From a bacterium (lineage in GTDB: Bacteria > Bacillota > Clostridia > Lachnospirales > Lachnospiraceae), in assembly GCA_963649755.1 (NCBI GenBank), contig CAVJJQ010000001.1, positions 1 to 52,388 of the forward strand: a stretch of 52,388 bases of DNA, written 5' to 3'. The notes below the pieces were generated by a model. It did not search any database, was not told the DNA's origin, and worked only from the letters and a program-made list of their open reading frames with translations. The position numbers and the translations under genes are program-made. Shown here one piece after another: positions 9,807 through 18,800 of this stretch; positions within the stretch are counted from its first letter, which is position 1; every line of letters starts with the position of its first letter.

Positions 9807-10127
9807 TTACACTAATTGTTCCGTAAGATAAGCTTCTGCTTTGACTATCTCATCGTTAATCGCTCTGATGGAAACCGGAACCTTCCTCGCTACTCCCATC
9901 GAACTGTACAAACTCTTTAAGTAATTCGCCCTCTCGTTCCTCTTTGAAATCCAAAGTCCGAAGCAAAGAAGAAGGATCGTAACCATTACCAAGGCAACCG
10001 CCGTTCCGTAATAATTCGTACCCGGAATACTTCCTGCCAAGGGTGTTTCCTCCTCTTCTATAACCACCAGGCTATATGAAGAAAGAAGAACCTTATCAAT
10101 TAAGTTTGTAAACAATGATGAAAACAT
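9807..10127 (-). CDS. Small membrane protein with IEEEETPLA motif
   Basis: VIEEEETPLAG followed by TM helix AVALVMVTILLLCFGLWI and basic residues; RBS GAAAGG. Confidence 0.75.
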   Translation of the reverse strand: MFSSLFTNLIDKVLLSSYSLVVIEEEETPLAGSIPGTNYYGTAVALVMVTILLLCFGLWISKRNERANYLKSLYSSMGVARKVPVSIRAINDEIVKAEAYLTEQLV

Positions 10128-10154
10128 AAGCTTAACTTGCCTTTCTATAAATAA

Positions 10155-10182
10155 AGACTCTCCAAAATTTAAGAAAGGTTCA
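10155..10182 (-). promoter_or_regulatory. Putative ECF-sigma promoter
   Basis: TGAACC-16-GAGTCT on the minus strand, 27 nt upstream of the 10127 start; matches the ECF AAC / GTC pattern. Confidence 0.6.
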
Positions 10183-10280
10183 TATTTTTAAAAAATATTT
10201 TTAATTCTGTGTTAATATATATCTAACGAGACATAAAAGTCAAGTTTTCTACCTATATATAGTATATTTCGGAGGTTCTT

Positions 10281-10517
10281 ATGAAGGAACAGCTTAAACG
10301 ATACAGAAAAATAAAGGCTATCGAGCTCATCGTCTTCCTGGTAATGGAAATAGTTTTTTTATGCATACTCATATCCAACAAGACCATGCGTTCAAGTATA
10401 TTCATGGACAAATCGTTATTTATACTTTGCGCAATTGCCTATACCTCGATAGTATTCACTTTTGCTACACTGATATATGACTTTATAAAGCTTCGAAACC
10501 TAAGCTACAAAGAATAG
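10281..10517 (+). CDS. Small two-TM membrane protein
   Basis: 78 aa, strong RBS GGAGG, two hydrophobic segments. Confidence 0.7.
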   Translation: MKEQLKRYRKIKAIELIVFLVMEIVFLCILISNKTMRSSIFMDKSLFILCAIAYTSIVFTFATLIYDFIKLRNLSYKE

Positions 10518-10534
10518 ATAAAGGTCTGAGATTA

Positions 10535-11092
10535 ATGGAAGAATCACACGCAAGCCTTGCGGAATATGTGAGGAAAGCACAGGCAGGCGATTCGGATGCC
10601 TTTACCTACCTTTTTGTACAGACAAATGCAATGGTCATGAGATATTGCAGGACTTACCTTAAGGATGAAGCACTCGCCGAGGATGCCTTGCAGGAAACTT
10701 ATCTTTCCGCATTCAGAAAAATAAACGATATAAAGGATCCCATGCTCTTTGTCGCATGGCTCAAACAGATAGCCTGTCACGTTTGCTATGACATGACTGC
10801 GAAATATCTGTCAAAGCAAAATGAGCTCACTGATGAAGTAATCTTAGAAACCGTAATGGATTCAAACGAATCGGTAAGTCCCGAGGAAAGCTATTTCTCA
10901 AAAGATGAAAAAAAACGCTTAAGAGAAGCCTTAGATAAGCTTCCTCCCAAAGAAAAAGAAATAATCATGTTAAGGTTCTACCGAGATTTAAAGATTGATG
11001 AAATAGCTTTAGCCGTTAATCTGAGCAAATCTACGGTCAAACGGGCTATACAGTCGGGAACCGAAAACCTTAAAAAGCTCATGGACGGTTAA
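10535..11092 (+). CDS. ECF-family RNA polymerase sigma factor
   Basis: Region 2 (AEDALQETY...FVAWLKQIA) and region 4 (LP...IIMLRFY.DL.I.EIA..V.LS.STVK) only; 185 aa. Confidence 0.93.
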   Translation: MEESHASLAEYVRKAQAGDSDAFTYLFVQTNAMVMRYCRTYLKDEALAEDALQETYLSAFRKINDIKDPMLFVAWLKQIACHVCYDMTAKYLSKQNELTDEVILETVMDSNESVSPEESYFSKDEKKRLREALDKLPPKEKEIIMLRFYRDLKIDEIALAVNLSKSTVKRAIQSGTENLKKLMDG

Positions 11093-11111
11093 TTAAACGC
11101 AAGGATTTTGT

Positions 11112-11594
11112 ATGAAGAAAGAAGATTTGGCAAGTCAGGAGAAAATGCTTTCCGAAATATTCAAGGAACTTAACAAGGCTCCCGGAAAGTCAAGCATAAA
11201 AGAGATAAAGAAAGAAGCACGGAAGAGATTTTTTAAAGATAACTTCCTTATTATGATTACCGCAGTTGCAATGGTTGTGACTTTGGTGCTTCCCTTTCTT
11301 TTTCCGCACAGTCATTCCGTGGTGTCCGTTGATTCCATGGAGAGAAAATTAAGTATCGCTTCCTCGGAGATGACGGAAGATTCCTTTAAAATTTCTTTTT
11401 CCGGTGCGGAAATCGACACGGATTCTTCGTATATGCTCGGAGATGATAATAGTTGTATATCTCCTTCATATTATAATAAAGAGACGAACACTATTGAATT
11501 TCCGTACGATTTTAAAGAGTACAATATTTACATTTACGATATATACGGGCGCAGCATTCATCTGTTGCTGACACCCTTAAACCAGAGGTCATAA
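11112..11594 (+). CDS. Single-TM protein, probable anti-sigma factor
   Basis: Basic cytoplasmic N-terminus, one TM, beta-rich external domain; directly downstream of the ECF sigma. Confidence 0.6.
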   Translation: MKKEDLASQEKMLSEIFKELNKAPGKSSIKEIKKEARKRFFKDNFLIMITAVAMVVTLVLPFLFPHSHSVVSVDSMERKLSIASSEMTEDSFKISFSGAEIDTDSSYMLGDDNSCISPSYYNKETNTIEFPYDFKEYNIYIYDIYGRSIHLLLTPLNQRS

Positions 11595-12574
11595 TGGCGA
11601 AAAGAAGGCTTTTACTTCTCATAGCTTCATTAAGTTTACTTACAGCCTGCGGAGGCACTTCGGAGGGCTTGGTAAGTGTGCCGTCAAGCACTGATACTTC
11701 GACCACGACGATAGAGACAGACAGTACGACCCTTTCGGATACGGAAGTCAAAGAAAAGCGCGACAATACGCCTTTATGCCTTGAACCCACGGCTCCCGGT
11801 ACCTTAACAACCGGCAATGAATATGCAACGGTTGATTATTCCAATGCGACCGAAGGCTATATAATGGTTGATTATCTCGGAAGCGTATCGAAGGTCAAGC
11901 TTCAGCTGACGGGTCCCAACAGTGTCACCTACACCTATGACCTTACAAACGGCTATGCCGCCTTTCCTCTGACGAGTGGTGACGGTGACTACACCGTAAG
12001 CGTCTGTGAAAATATCGAGGGCACGAAGTATGCGCTCTCCTTTACCACGACACTTTCTTTTTCCGGAATTTCCGAATTCGGACCCTACCTCTATCCGAAC
12101 CGGTACGTGAATTTCAACAGTTCCTTAAAGACGATAGAAAAGGCTAAAGAACTTGCGGACAACTGCTACTCGGACCTTGATGTCGTTTCCAACGTCTACA
12201 ACTACGTGATTGACAATATTACCTACGACTACGATAAAGCAAACTCCGTTAAATCCGGATACATTTCCTCGGTCGATGAAATACTTGAAAGCGGGACGGG
12301 CATCTGTCTCGACTATTCATGCGTCATGACGAGCATGCTAAGGAGCGAGCGAATTCCGACGCGGCTTGAGGTCGGATACGTCGGAGAGGACATGCTGTAT
12401 CACGCCTGGATAAGCGTTTACCTTAAGGATGTCGGATGGGTAAACGGTATCATCCAGTTTAACGGCTACGAATGGTCCTTGATGGACCCGACCTTCGGAG
12501 CCAGCACCTCCGATGAGACCTTGAAAGAGTACATCGGCACGGGCGACAATTACTCTGTTAAATATGTTTACTGA
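11594..12574 (+). CDS. Transglutaminase-like (Cys-His-Asp) lipoprotein
   Basis: Lipobox LTAC; GICLDY, YHAW and MDPT triad motifs intact. Confidence 0.9.
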   Translation: MAKRRLLLLIASLSLLTACGGTSEGLVSVPSSTDTSTTTIETDSTTLSDTEVKEKRDNTPLCLEPTAPGTLTTGNEYATVDYSNATEGYIMVDYLGSVSKVKLQLTGPNSVTYTYDLTNGYAAFPLTSGDGDYTVSVCENIEGTKYALSFTTTLSFSGISEFGPYLYPNRYVNFNSSLKTIEKAKELADNCYSDLDVVSNVYNYVIDNITYDYDKANSVKSGYISSVDEILESGTGICLDYSCVMTSMLRSERIPTRLEVGYVGEDMLYHAWISVYLKDVGWVNGIIQFNGYEWSLMDPTFGASTSDETLKEYIGTGDNYSVKYVY

Positions 12575-12588
12575 TAAAGGGGACTATT

Positions 12589-13635
12589 ATGAAAAGTCAA
12601 AGAAAACTCACTTCCGAAGAACTCTCTTCTTTCTTTACGCAGACGGCTATCCTGCTTCATGCGGGCATCACGCCGGTTGAAAGCATGCGAATACTTTTGT
12701 CGGATACGACCGACGCCTCTTCAAAAGAGCTGCTTCAGGAAATAATAGACTCTATAAATAAAGGAAATTCCTTTGCCGAAAGTCTAAATGAAACTGGGGT
12801 GTTCCCGGTCTACGTATTTAATACGGTAAAGCTTGGCGAGGAAGCAGGTCTTATCGATGAGGTAATGCAGTCGCTTGCAAACTATTATGAGCGTGAGAGC
12901 CAGATTGCGGACAGTGTAAAGAGTGCCGTCACCTACCCCTTGGTGATGATTGTCATGATGCTTGCCGTTATCATCGTACTCATCACAAAGGTGCTTCCGA
13001 TATTCAATCAGGTATTCGTGCAGTTGGGTTCCGAAATGACGGGCTTTGCCGCTTCCCTTATGAGGGTCGGAACTACGCTCAATTCCTATTCGCTTGTATT
13101 CATCATAATACTCGCGGTAATCGTGCTGCTTTCCCTCTTCTTTGCAAAGACGGAAGTCGGACGCACATCATTTAAAAAGATTATAAATAAGCTTCATATT
13201 TTCAAAAACTTTTATGCCGGCATTGCTGCAGGCCGTTTCGCCTCCGGTATGGCAATTTCGCTATCCTCCGGTCTTGATACCTTCGGAAGCCTTGATATGG
13301 TTTCCTCCCTTGTCGAGCACAAAGAAACCGAAGAGAAGATCAACATCTGTAAACAGGAAATTCAGAAGGGGACCGATTTCTCCGAAGCACTTAAAGACGC
13401 ACAAATTTTCTCAAACGTAGACAACCGTATGGTTGCGGTCGGTTTTAAGTCCGGTAACGTAGAGGAAATTATGAACAGAATAGCAAATGAGTACGAGCAA
13501 AAAACCGAGAAGAAGCTCTATGCCATCATTTCCGTTATTGAGCCGACACTCGTTATTATTCTTTCACTGATAGTCGGGCTGATACTGTTATCGGTAATCA
13601 TGCCTCTTATGGGAGTTATGTCAACAATCGGTTAG
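12589..13635 (+). CDS. Type II secretion F / PilC family platform protein
   Basis: Two T2SSF repeats (LLHAGIT...GEEAG...AVTYP; SGL...GFKSG...IEP) with three TM segments. Confidence 0.92.
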   Translation: MKSQRKLTSEELSSFFTQTAILLHAGITPVESMRILLSDTTDASSKELLQEIIDSINKGNSFAESLNETGVFPVYVFNTVKLGEEAGLIDEVMQSLANYYERESQIADSVKSAVTYPLVMIVMMLAVIIVLITKVLPIFNQVFVQLGSEMTGFAASLMRVGTTLNSYSLVFIIILAVIVLLSLFFAKTEVGRTSFKKIINKLHIFKNFYAGIAAGRFASGMAISLSSGLDTFGSLDMVSSLVEHKETEEKINICKQEIQKGTDFSEALKDAQIFSNVDNRMVAVGFKSGNVEEIMNRIANEYEQKTEKKLYAIISVIEPTLVIILSLIVGLILLSVIMPLMGVMSTIG

Positions 13636-13643
13636 GAGCATAA

Positions 13644-13970
13644 ATGACACGTTTTTCAAAGTTTAAAAACAGCATAACCGGCTTTCATCTGTCAGTGCTC
13701 ATATTTATTGTGTTGTTTTTCTTTTTCCTGCGGATGATTTCGGGGATTTCAAGCGACACACTTGAACGCGAGGAAGAAAGCTTAAAGACCGCCCTTAACC
13801 GTGCAATAGTCTCCTGCTACTGCATCGAGGGAACCTATCCTCCGAGCCTTGACTACATAGAGGAGCACTATGGGCTCATTTACGATAGCGAAACGTTCTT
13901 CGTAGACTACACTCCCATCGGTTCGAACATCTATCCCGATGTTACGATTTTGAGAAGGGAGGGTGAATGA
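13644..13970 (+). CDS. Pilin-like protein with N-terminal TM
   Basis: N-terminal hydrophobic helix, then AIVSCYCIEGTYPPSLDY, reminiscent of the GspG-like Y..D.G.YP..L pattern. Confidence 0.7.
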   Translation: MTRFSKFKNSITGFHLSVLIFIVLFFFFLRMISGISSDTLEREEESLKTALNRAIVSCYCIEGTYPPSLDYIEEHYGLIYDSETFFVDYTPIGSNIYPDVTILRREGE

Positions 13971-14452
13971 TGCATAAGGACAGCAAACGACACACCATCG
14001 ACGTCCTGTTCGTAATAACCCTCTTTGCCGTCTTTGCGATGTCGATTATGACGCTTACGGGTATAGGGGCTTCCGTTTACGAAAAGATTCAGGCTTCAAT
14101 GAGCGAGAATTACGACTCAAGAACCGCGTTTTCGTACATCAGCAATAAACTCCGCCAGAGCGACACAAACGGAAATATAAGCCTCGGAAACTACGGAGGG
14201 ATAAATGCCGTCATTATTTCCGAAGAAATCGACAATGTGACATACAACACTTACCTGTACTGCTACGACGGGTATTTAAAGGAGCTTTTCACACGCGCCG
14301 GTCAGGAGTTTGACCTTGAGTACGGCACGAATATCCTGGAGCTTGATTCATTTGACGCTTCATACGAAACCGACACGCTTATAAGGTTTGAGCTAACACC
14401 CAAAGATGGGGATAAAGAAACCGTTTTTGTACATATTTCATCACTTGATTAA
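13967..14452 (+). CDS. DUF4860-type pilin-like protein
   Basis: IDVLFVITLFAVFA N-terminal helix, RTAFSYISNKLRQSD, YLYCYDGYLKELF. Confidence 0.75.
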   Translation: MMHKDSKRHTIDVLFVITLFAVFAMSIMTLTGIGASVYEKIQASMSENYDSRTAFSYISNKLRQSDTNGNISLGNYGGINAVIISEEIDNVTYNTYLYCYDGYLKELFTRAGQEFDLEYGTNILELDSFDASYETDTLIRFELTPKDGDKETVFVHISSLD

Positions 14453-14464
14453 AGAGGTAAGACC

Positions 14465-14839
14465 TTGCGTAAATCCAAAAGTGCTTTGTTCCTGATGGAA
14501 TTAATAATCATAATTTTCTTTTTTGCCCTGACAAGTGCGGTATGCCTGCGCGTCTTCGTGACAGCGCATATAAAGGCGTCGGAGACTAAGGGTCTTAACT
14601 ATGCCATTCTTTGGGCAGACAATGCCTTTGAGTGCTTCAGGGAATATAAGGACGACACAGAAATGGTTGAGCATACTCTTGCGAATGCCTTTACGCTTAC
14701 GGATTACAGCTATGAACTTTCTTTTTCCGAGGATGACGACTTTGTGTATATGGACTATTCCTTTTATGAGGAAGACGACCATACTTTAATTTACAGCTAC
14801 ACCTTTAAACAGCATATTTTAAAGGAGAGCGAAGAATGA
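14465..14839 (+). CDS. Pilin-like protein (FLMELII N-terminus)
   Basis: KSALFLMELIIIIFFFAL resembles a type IV pilin helix with Glu5 but lacks the Gly of the cleavage site; TTG start with RBS AGAGG. Confidence 0.7.
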   Translation: MRKSKSALFLMELIIIIFFFALTSAVCLRVFVTAHIKASETKGLNYAILWADNAFECFREYKDDTEMVEHTLANAFTLTDYSYELSFSEDDDFVYMDYSFYEEDDHTLIYSYTFKQHILKESEE

Positions 14840-15273
14840 GTAAAAAGAAACGCGAATTTACCTTAAATATCGGGATTTCATCGATCCTATTCATCTTCAT
14901 AATCTTAGCCCTGGTATCCTTTGCAACGCTTTCTCTTTCAAGTGCGATGAGTGACTACAAGCTGACTTCAAGGCTTATATCGAATTCGGAGAGCTACTAT
15001 GCGGCTTGCGAGGAAGCGGAAGAAGCCTTAAGTGACTGTGATGAGACGCTTTCGACATTGTATGCGACAGGGATTTCAAGAGCGGGATATTATGAGAAGG
15101 TAGGCAAAAAGAAAACCTTTACGATTCCGGTGACGGATATTCAGACCCTTAATATTGAGATAAAGATTCTTTATCCGGAGGAAGCAGGTGAGAATTTTTA
15201 CGAGATTACATCATTCAATGTACTCACCACCGGCGAGCTTGAATATGATGACGGGCTGAATGTGTACAAGTAG
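14836..15273 (+). CDS. Minor pilin-like (PilX-like) protein
   Basis: Basic leader, GISSILFIFIILALVSFATLSL helix, then SYYAACEEAE. Confidence 0.65.
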   Translation: MSKKKREFTLNIGISSILFIFIILALVSFATLSLSSAMSDYKLTSRLISNSESYYAACEEAEEALSDCDETLSTLYATGISRAGYYEKVGKKKTFTIPVTDIQTLNIEIKILYPEEAGENFYEITSFNVLTTGELEYDDGLNVYK

Positions 15274-15302
15274 TTGAAATGCAGGGAAAAATGTGTTACA
15301 TT
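15274..15302 (+). promoter_or_regulatory. Promoter of putative antitoxin RNA
   Basis: TTGAAA-17-TACATT with extended TG; no protein-coding gene recognised between it and the terminator hairpin. Confidence 0.65.
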
Positions 15303-15308
15303 TGCTTT

Positions 15309-15397
15309 GAAAAGAGGTGTCACCGATAGACGGTTGACCCGATAATGTTTTTGGCTGAAATGGCCGCTCAACTTATCAGGATGGGGCGGCTATTTCT
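15309..15397 (+). ncRNA. Putative type I antitoxin antisense RNA
   Basis: About 90 nt between the promoter and hairpin GAAATGGCCGCTC...GGGGCGGCTATTTC; overlaps the 3' end of the convergent small ORF. Confidence 0.55.
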
Positions 15398-15488
15398 GCG
15401 TCTTATTAATATCTTTACCTAAAGAATATCCCATTCCAAAGCAAGTTAAGCCAAAGCTTACAATTGCTATAAAGTCAAAAATACTCAT
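15390..15488 (-). CDS. Putative type I toxin, 32-aa single-TM peptide MSIFDFIAIVSFGLTCFGMGYSLGKDINKTQK
   Basis: Hand-translated (below the ORF track cutoff); strong SD GGGAGG, hydrophobic core, charged C-tail, long structured 5' leader. Confidence 0.7.
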   Translation of the reverse strand: MSIFDFIAIVSFGLTCFGMGYSLGKDINKTQK

Positions 15489-15601
15489 AGGCTCAGCCCT
15501 CCCTTCATGTAATTCCCTTTCGGGTTTCTATGTGATCGGAGGGTCACAGTCCCTCCGCAGAGGGTCGACCGCCTACCGTTATGGTGGCACCCAAGTAAAG
15601 T

Positions 15602-15615
15602 CTAACATATGTTCG
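15602..15615 (-). promoter_or_regulatory. LexA-like (SOS) box overlapping the extended -10 of the toxin gene
   Basis: CGAACATATGTTAG versus Firmicute consensus CGAAC-N4-GTTCG (1 mismatch); overlaps TGtTAGACT at 15599-15607. Confidence 0.45.
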
Positions 15616-15626
15616 ACAAAAATAAA

Positions 15627-15762
15627 AGAGTTTCGCTTGCGAAACTCTCACGCCGTCCTCGCCCTCTCCGTCCTCGCTTCGCTCGGCCACCTCTCCCAAA
15701 GGGAGAGGCAAGTATTAGGTGCAGCCTCTTGGCTCTCCCATGCGGAGCAATTTCCTATATAG
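15627..15762. repeat. REP-like palindromic element, copy 2
   Basis: AGAGTTTCGC-TT-GCGAAACTCT hairpin plus 51-bp core; 15627-15712 matches 52180-52265; tail matches copy 1. Confidence 0.92.
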
Positions 15763-15768
15763 CAATAA

Positions 15769-15794
15769 AACCCCGGAAATCAATTTCCGGGGTT
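15769..15794 (-). terminator. rpoC terminator
   Basis: AACCCCGGAAAT-CA-ATTTCCGGGGTT perfect hairpin with a U-tract on the minus strand. Confidence 0.85.
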
Positions 15795-15808
15795 AATTTT
15801 TTTATATT

Positions 15809-18800
15809 TTATTCTTCTGAATCATCCGCCTCGGCAGTTTCTTCTTCGTAAACTACCTCTTCGGGAAGGACTTCACTTAAGTCTTCATCCTTGGGTTCCG
15901 TAGCAGGCTCAGCGCCTTCTTCGGCCATGGCATCCTGCATTGCCTTCATCATTTCCTCATATCTGTTGTCAGATGAGAGCTCAACGTCACGGTAACGCTT
16001 CATACCGGTACCTGCGGGAATCAACTTACCTAAGATGACATTTTCCTTAAGTCCGATAAGCGGATCAACCTTACCCTTGATGGCTGCCTCGGTAAGAACC
16101 TTGGTAGTCTCCTGGAAGGAAGCGGCTGACAGGAAGGAATTTGTAGCAAGAGCGGACTTGGTGATACCAAGGATTACTCTTGTACCTTCTGCAGGGTTCT
16201 TGCCTTCTTTTTCAAGTGCTTCGTTGATGTCTTCAAAATCAAGGATATCCATCATGGTGCCGGGAAGGATATCTGAGTCTCCGCCGTCTTCGACTCTTAC
16301 CTTCTTGAGCATCTGACGTACGATGACTTCGATATGCTTGTCGTTGATATCAACACCCTGAAGTCTGTATACACGCTGAACTTCTCTTAAGAGATAATCC
16401 TGAACTGCTCCGATACCCTTGATCTTTAAGAGATCGTGAGGGTTAACGGAACCTTCGGTAAGCTCATCGCCTGCTTCAAGTACCTGTCCGTCCGTTACCT
16501 TGATACGTGAGCCGTAAGGAATTAAGTAACCCTTGCTCTCGGAGGTCTCGGGATTGGTAATGAAGACTTCACGCTTCTTCTTGGTGTCCTTTATCTCGCA
16601 TACGCCGCCGAACTCCGCAATGATTGCAAGTCCCTTGGGCTTTCTTGCTTCGAACAATTCCTCTACACGGGGAAGACCCTGTGTGATATCGCCGCCGGCA
16701 ACACCACCGGTATGGAAGGTTCTCATCGTAAGCTGTGTACCGGGTTCACCGATTGACTGAGCTGCGATAATACCAACTGCTTCGCCGACCTGAACTGCTT
16801 CGCCGGTTGCCATGTTTGCACCATAACACTTTGCACAGATACCTGTGTGTGAACGACAGCAAAGAATGTTTCTAACCTTTATACGAGCATTAACGTTTAA
16901 ATTGCCTTCTTCATCTACGATAGGATTTCCGTTAACATCAATACCGGACTTCATAATCTTAGCCGCACGGCTGGGATTAATCATGTGGTTCTTCTTAACG
17001 ATTAAGTTGCCATCCTTGTCGTAAATATCGTTGCAGGAATACCTGCCCTGAATTCTGTCCTTTAAGCCTTCAATGGTTTCCTTTCCGTCCATGAATGCGT
17101 ATACATCCATTCCGGGGATTTCATCTCTGCCTTCGGAACAGTCAATTTCACGAATGATAAGTTCCTGTGATACGTCAACCATTCGACGGGTTAAGTAACC
17201 GGAGTCTGCTGTTCTGATAGCCGTATCGGAAAGTCCCTTACGGGCACCGTGAGCTGACATGAAGTATTCAAGTACGTCAAGACCTTCACGGAAGTTTGAC
17301 TTAATGGGAAGCTCAATGGTACGTCCGGTTGTATCGGCCATAAGTCCACGCATACCGGCAAGCTGCTTTATCTGCTGGTTTGAACCACGGGCACCCGAGT
17401 CAGCCATCATGAAGATGTTGTTGTATTTATCAAGACCCGAAAGAAGGTCATCCGTAAGCTTTTTATCTGCCTGAGTCCAGGTTTCAACGACTGCACGGTA
17501 TCTTTCTTCTTCCGTAACAAGACCACGTCTGTAGTTCTTTGCAATCTTGTCAATGGTCTGCTGTGCATCCTCAAGAATCTGAGGCTTGGAAGCAGGAACC
17601 GTCATATCGGATACGGAAACGGTCATAGCCGCACGTGTCGAATACTTGTAACCCGTAGCCTTGATAAGGTCAAGTGTTTCGGCGGTAACTGATGCACCGT
17701 GAACATTGATAACCTTTTCAAGAATCTGCTTTAACTGCTTTCTTCCTACATGGAAATCAACTTCCGGAAGAAGAGCATTTTCTTTCTTTGTACGATCTAC
17801 ATAGCCCAAATCCTGAGGAAGTATCTCATTGAAGAGAAGACGTCCCAAAGTGGTCTCTATGATACCTTCAACGGTTTCGCCTTCAAAGCTTGCGCTTCTT
17901 CTTACATAGATAGGCTGATGAAGGGTGATCTCCCTATTTTCATAAGCAAGTAAAGCTTCGTTGGTAGAATTGAAGTATCTGCCAAGCATATCAATCAGAC
18001 GGCAGGTAACGATACGATTTCTCTCGGGATCGACATTAACCTTGATGATTGAATTGATATCAAGACCGTTGCCTAAGTCCTTAACCGCTGCCTTTGCGTC
18101 GTCAATTGAAGCAAATTCCTTTACAACCTTGCTCTCGATTTCGCTGTCCTTTGAAAGGTCAACCCATCTCTTCATGGTCAGGTAGTAAATACCGAGAACC
18201 ATATCCTGAGAAGGAACGGCAACGGGGCCACCGTCCGAAGGCTTCAAGAGGTTATTGGGAGAAAGAAGCAGGAATCTGCATTCTGCCTGTGCCTCCTGGC
18301 TCAAAGGAAGGTGCACTGCCATCTGGTCACCGTCGAAGTCGGCGTTGAAGGCTGTACATACAAGGGGATGAAGCTTAATAGCCTTACCTTCTACAAGGAT
18401 GGGCTCGAAAGCCTGAATACCCAGTCTGTGAAGTGTAGGAGCACGGTTAAGCATAACGGGATGCTCCTTGATAACGTCTTCCAAAATATCCCAAACCTGA
18501 GAATCAAGTCTTTCAACAAGCTTCTTTGCATTCTTAATATTCTGTGAGATGCCGCGTCCTACAAGTTCCTTCATTACGAAGGGCTTGAAAAGTTCGATAG
18601 CCATCTCCTTGGGAAGACCGCACTGGTAAATCTTAAGTTCGGGACCTACTACGATAACGGAACGTCCGGAGTAGTCTACACGCTTACCTAAGAGGTTCTG
18701 ACGGAAACGTCCGCCCTTACCTTTAAGCATATCGGAAAGTGACTTTAATGCTCTGTTGCCGGGACCGGTTACGGGACGTCCGCGTCTGCCGTTATCGATA

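Noticed and set aside
12589..15273. Standard ComG competence or classical type IV pilus operon
   Set aside because: No ComGA/PilB ATPase, PilT, PilMNO or prepilin peptidase, and no canonical G|FTLxE pilin leaders
15532..15851. ORFs 15532..15762 and 15609..15851
   Set aside because: Translations of the REP-like element and the toxin leader, overlapping the rpoC terminator and end; no protein-like features
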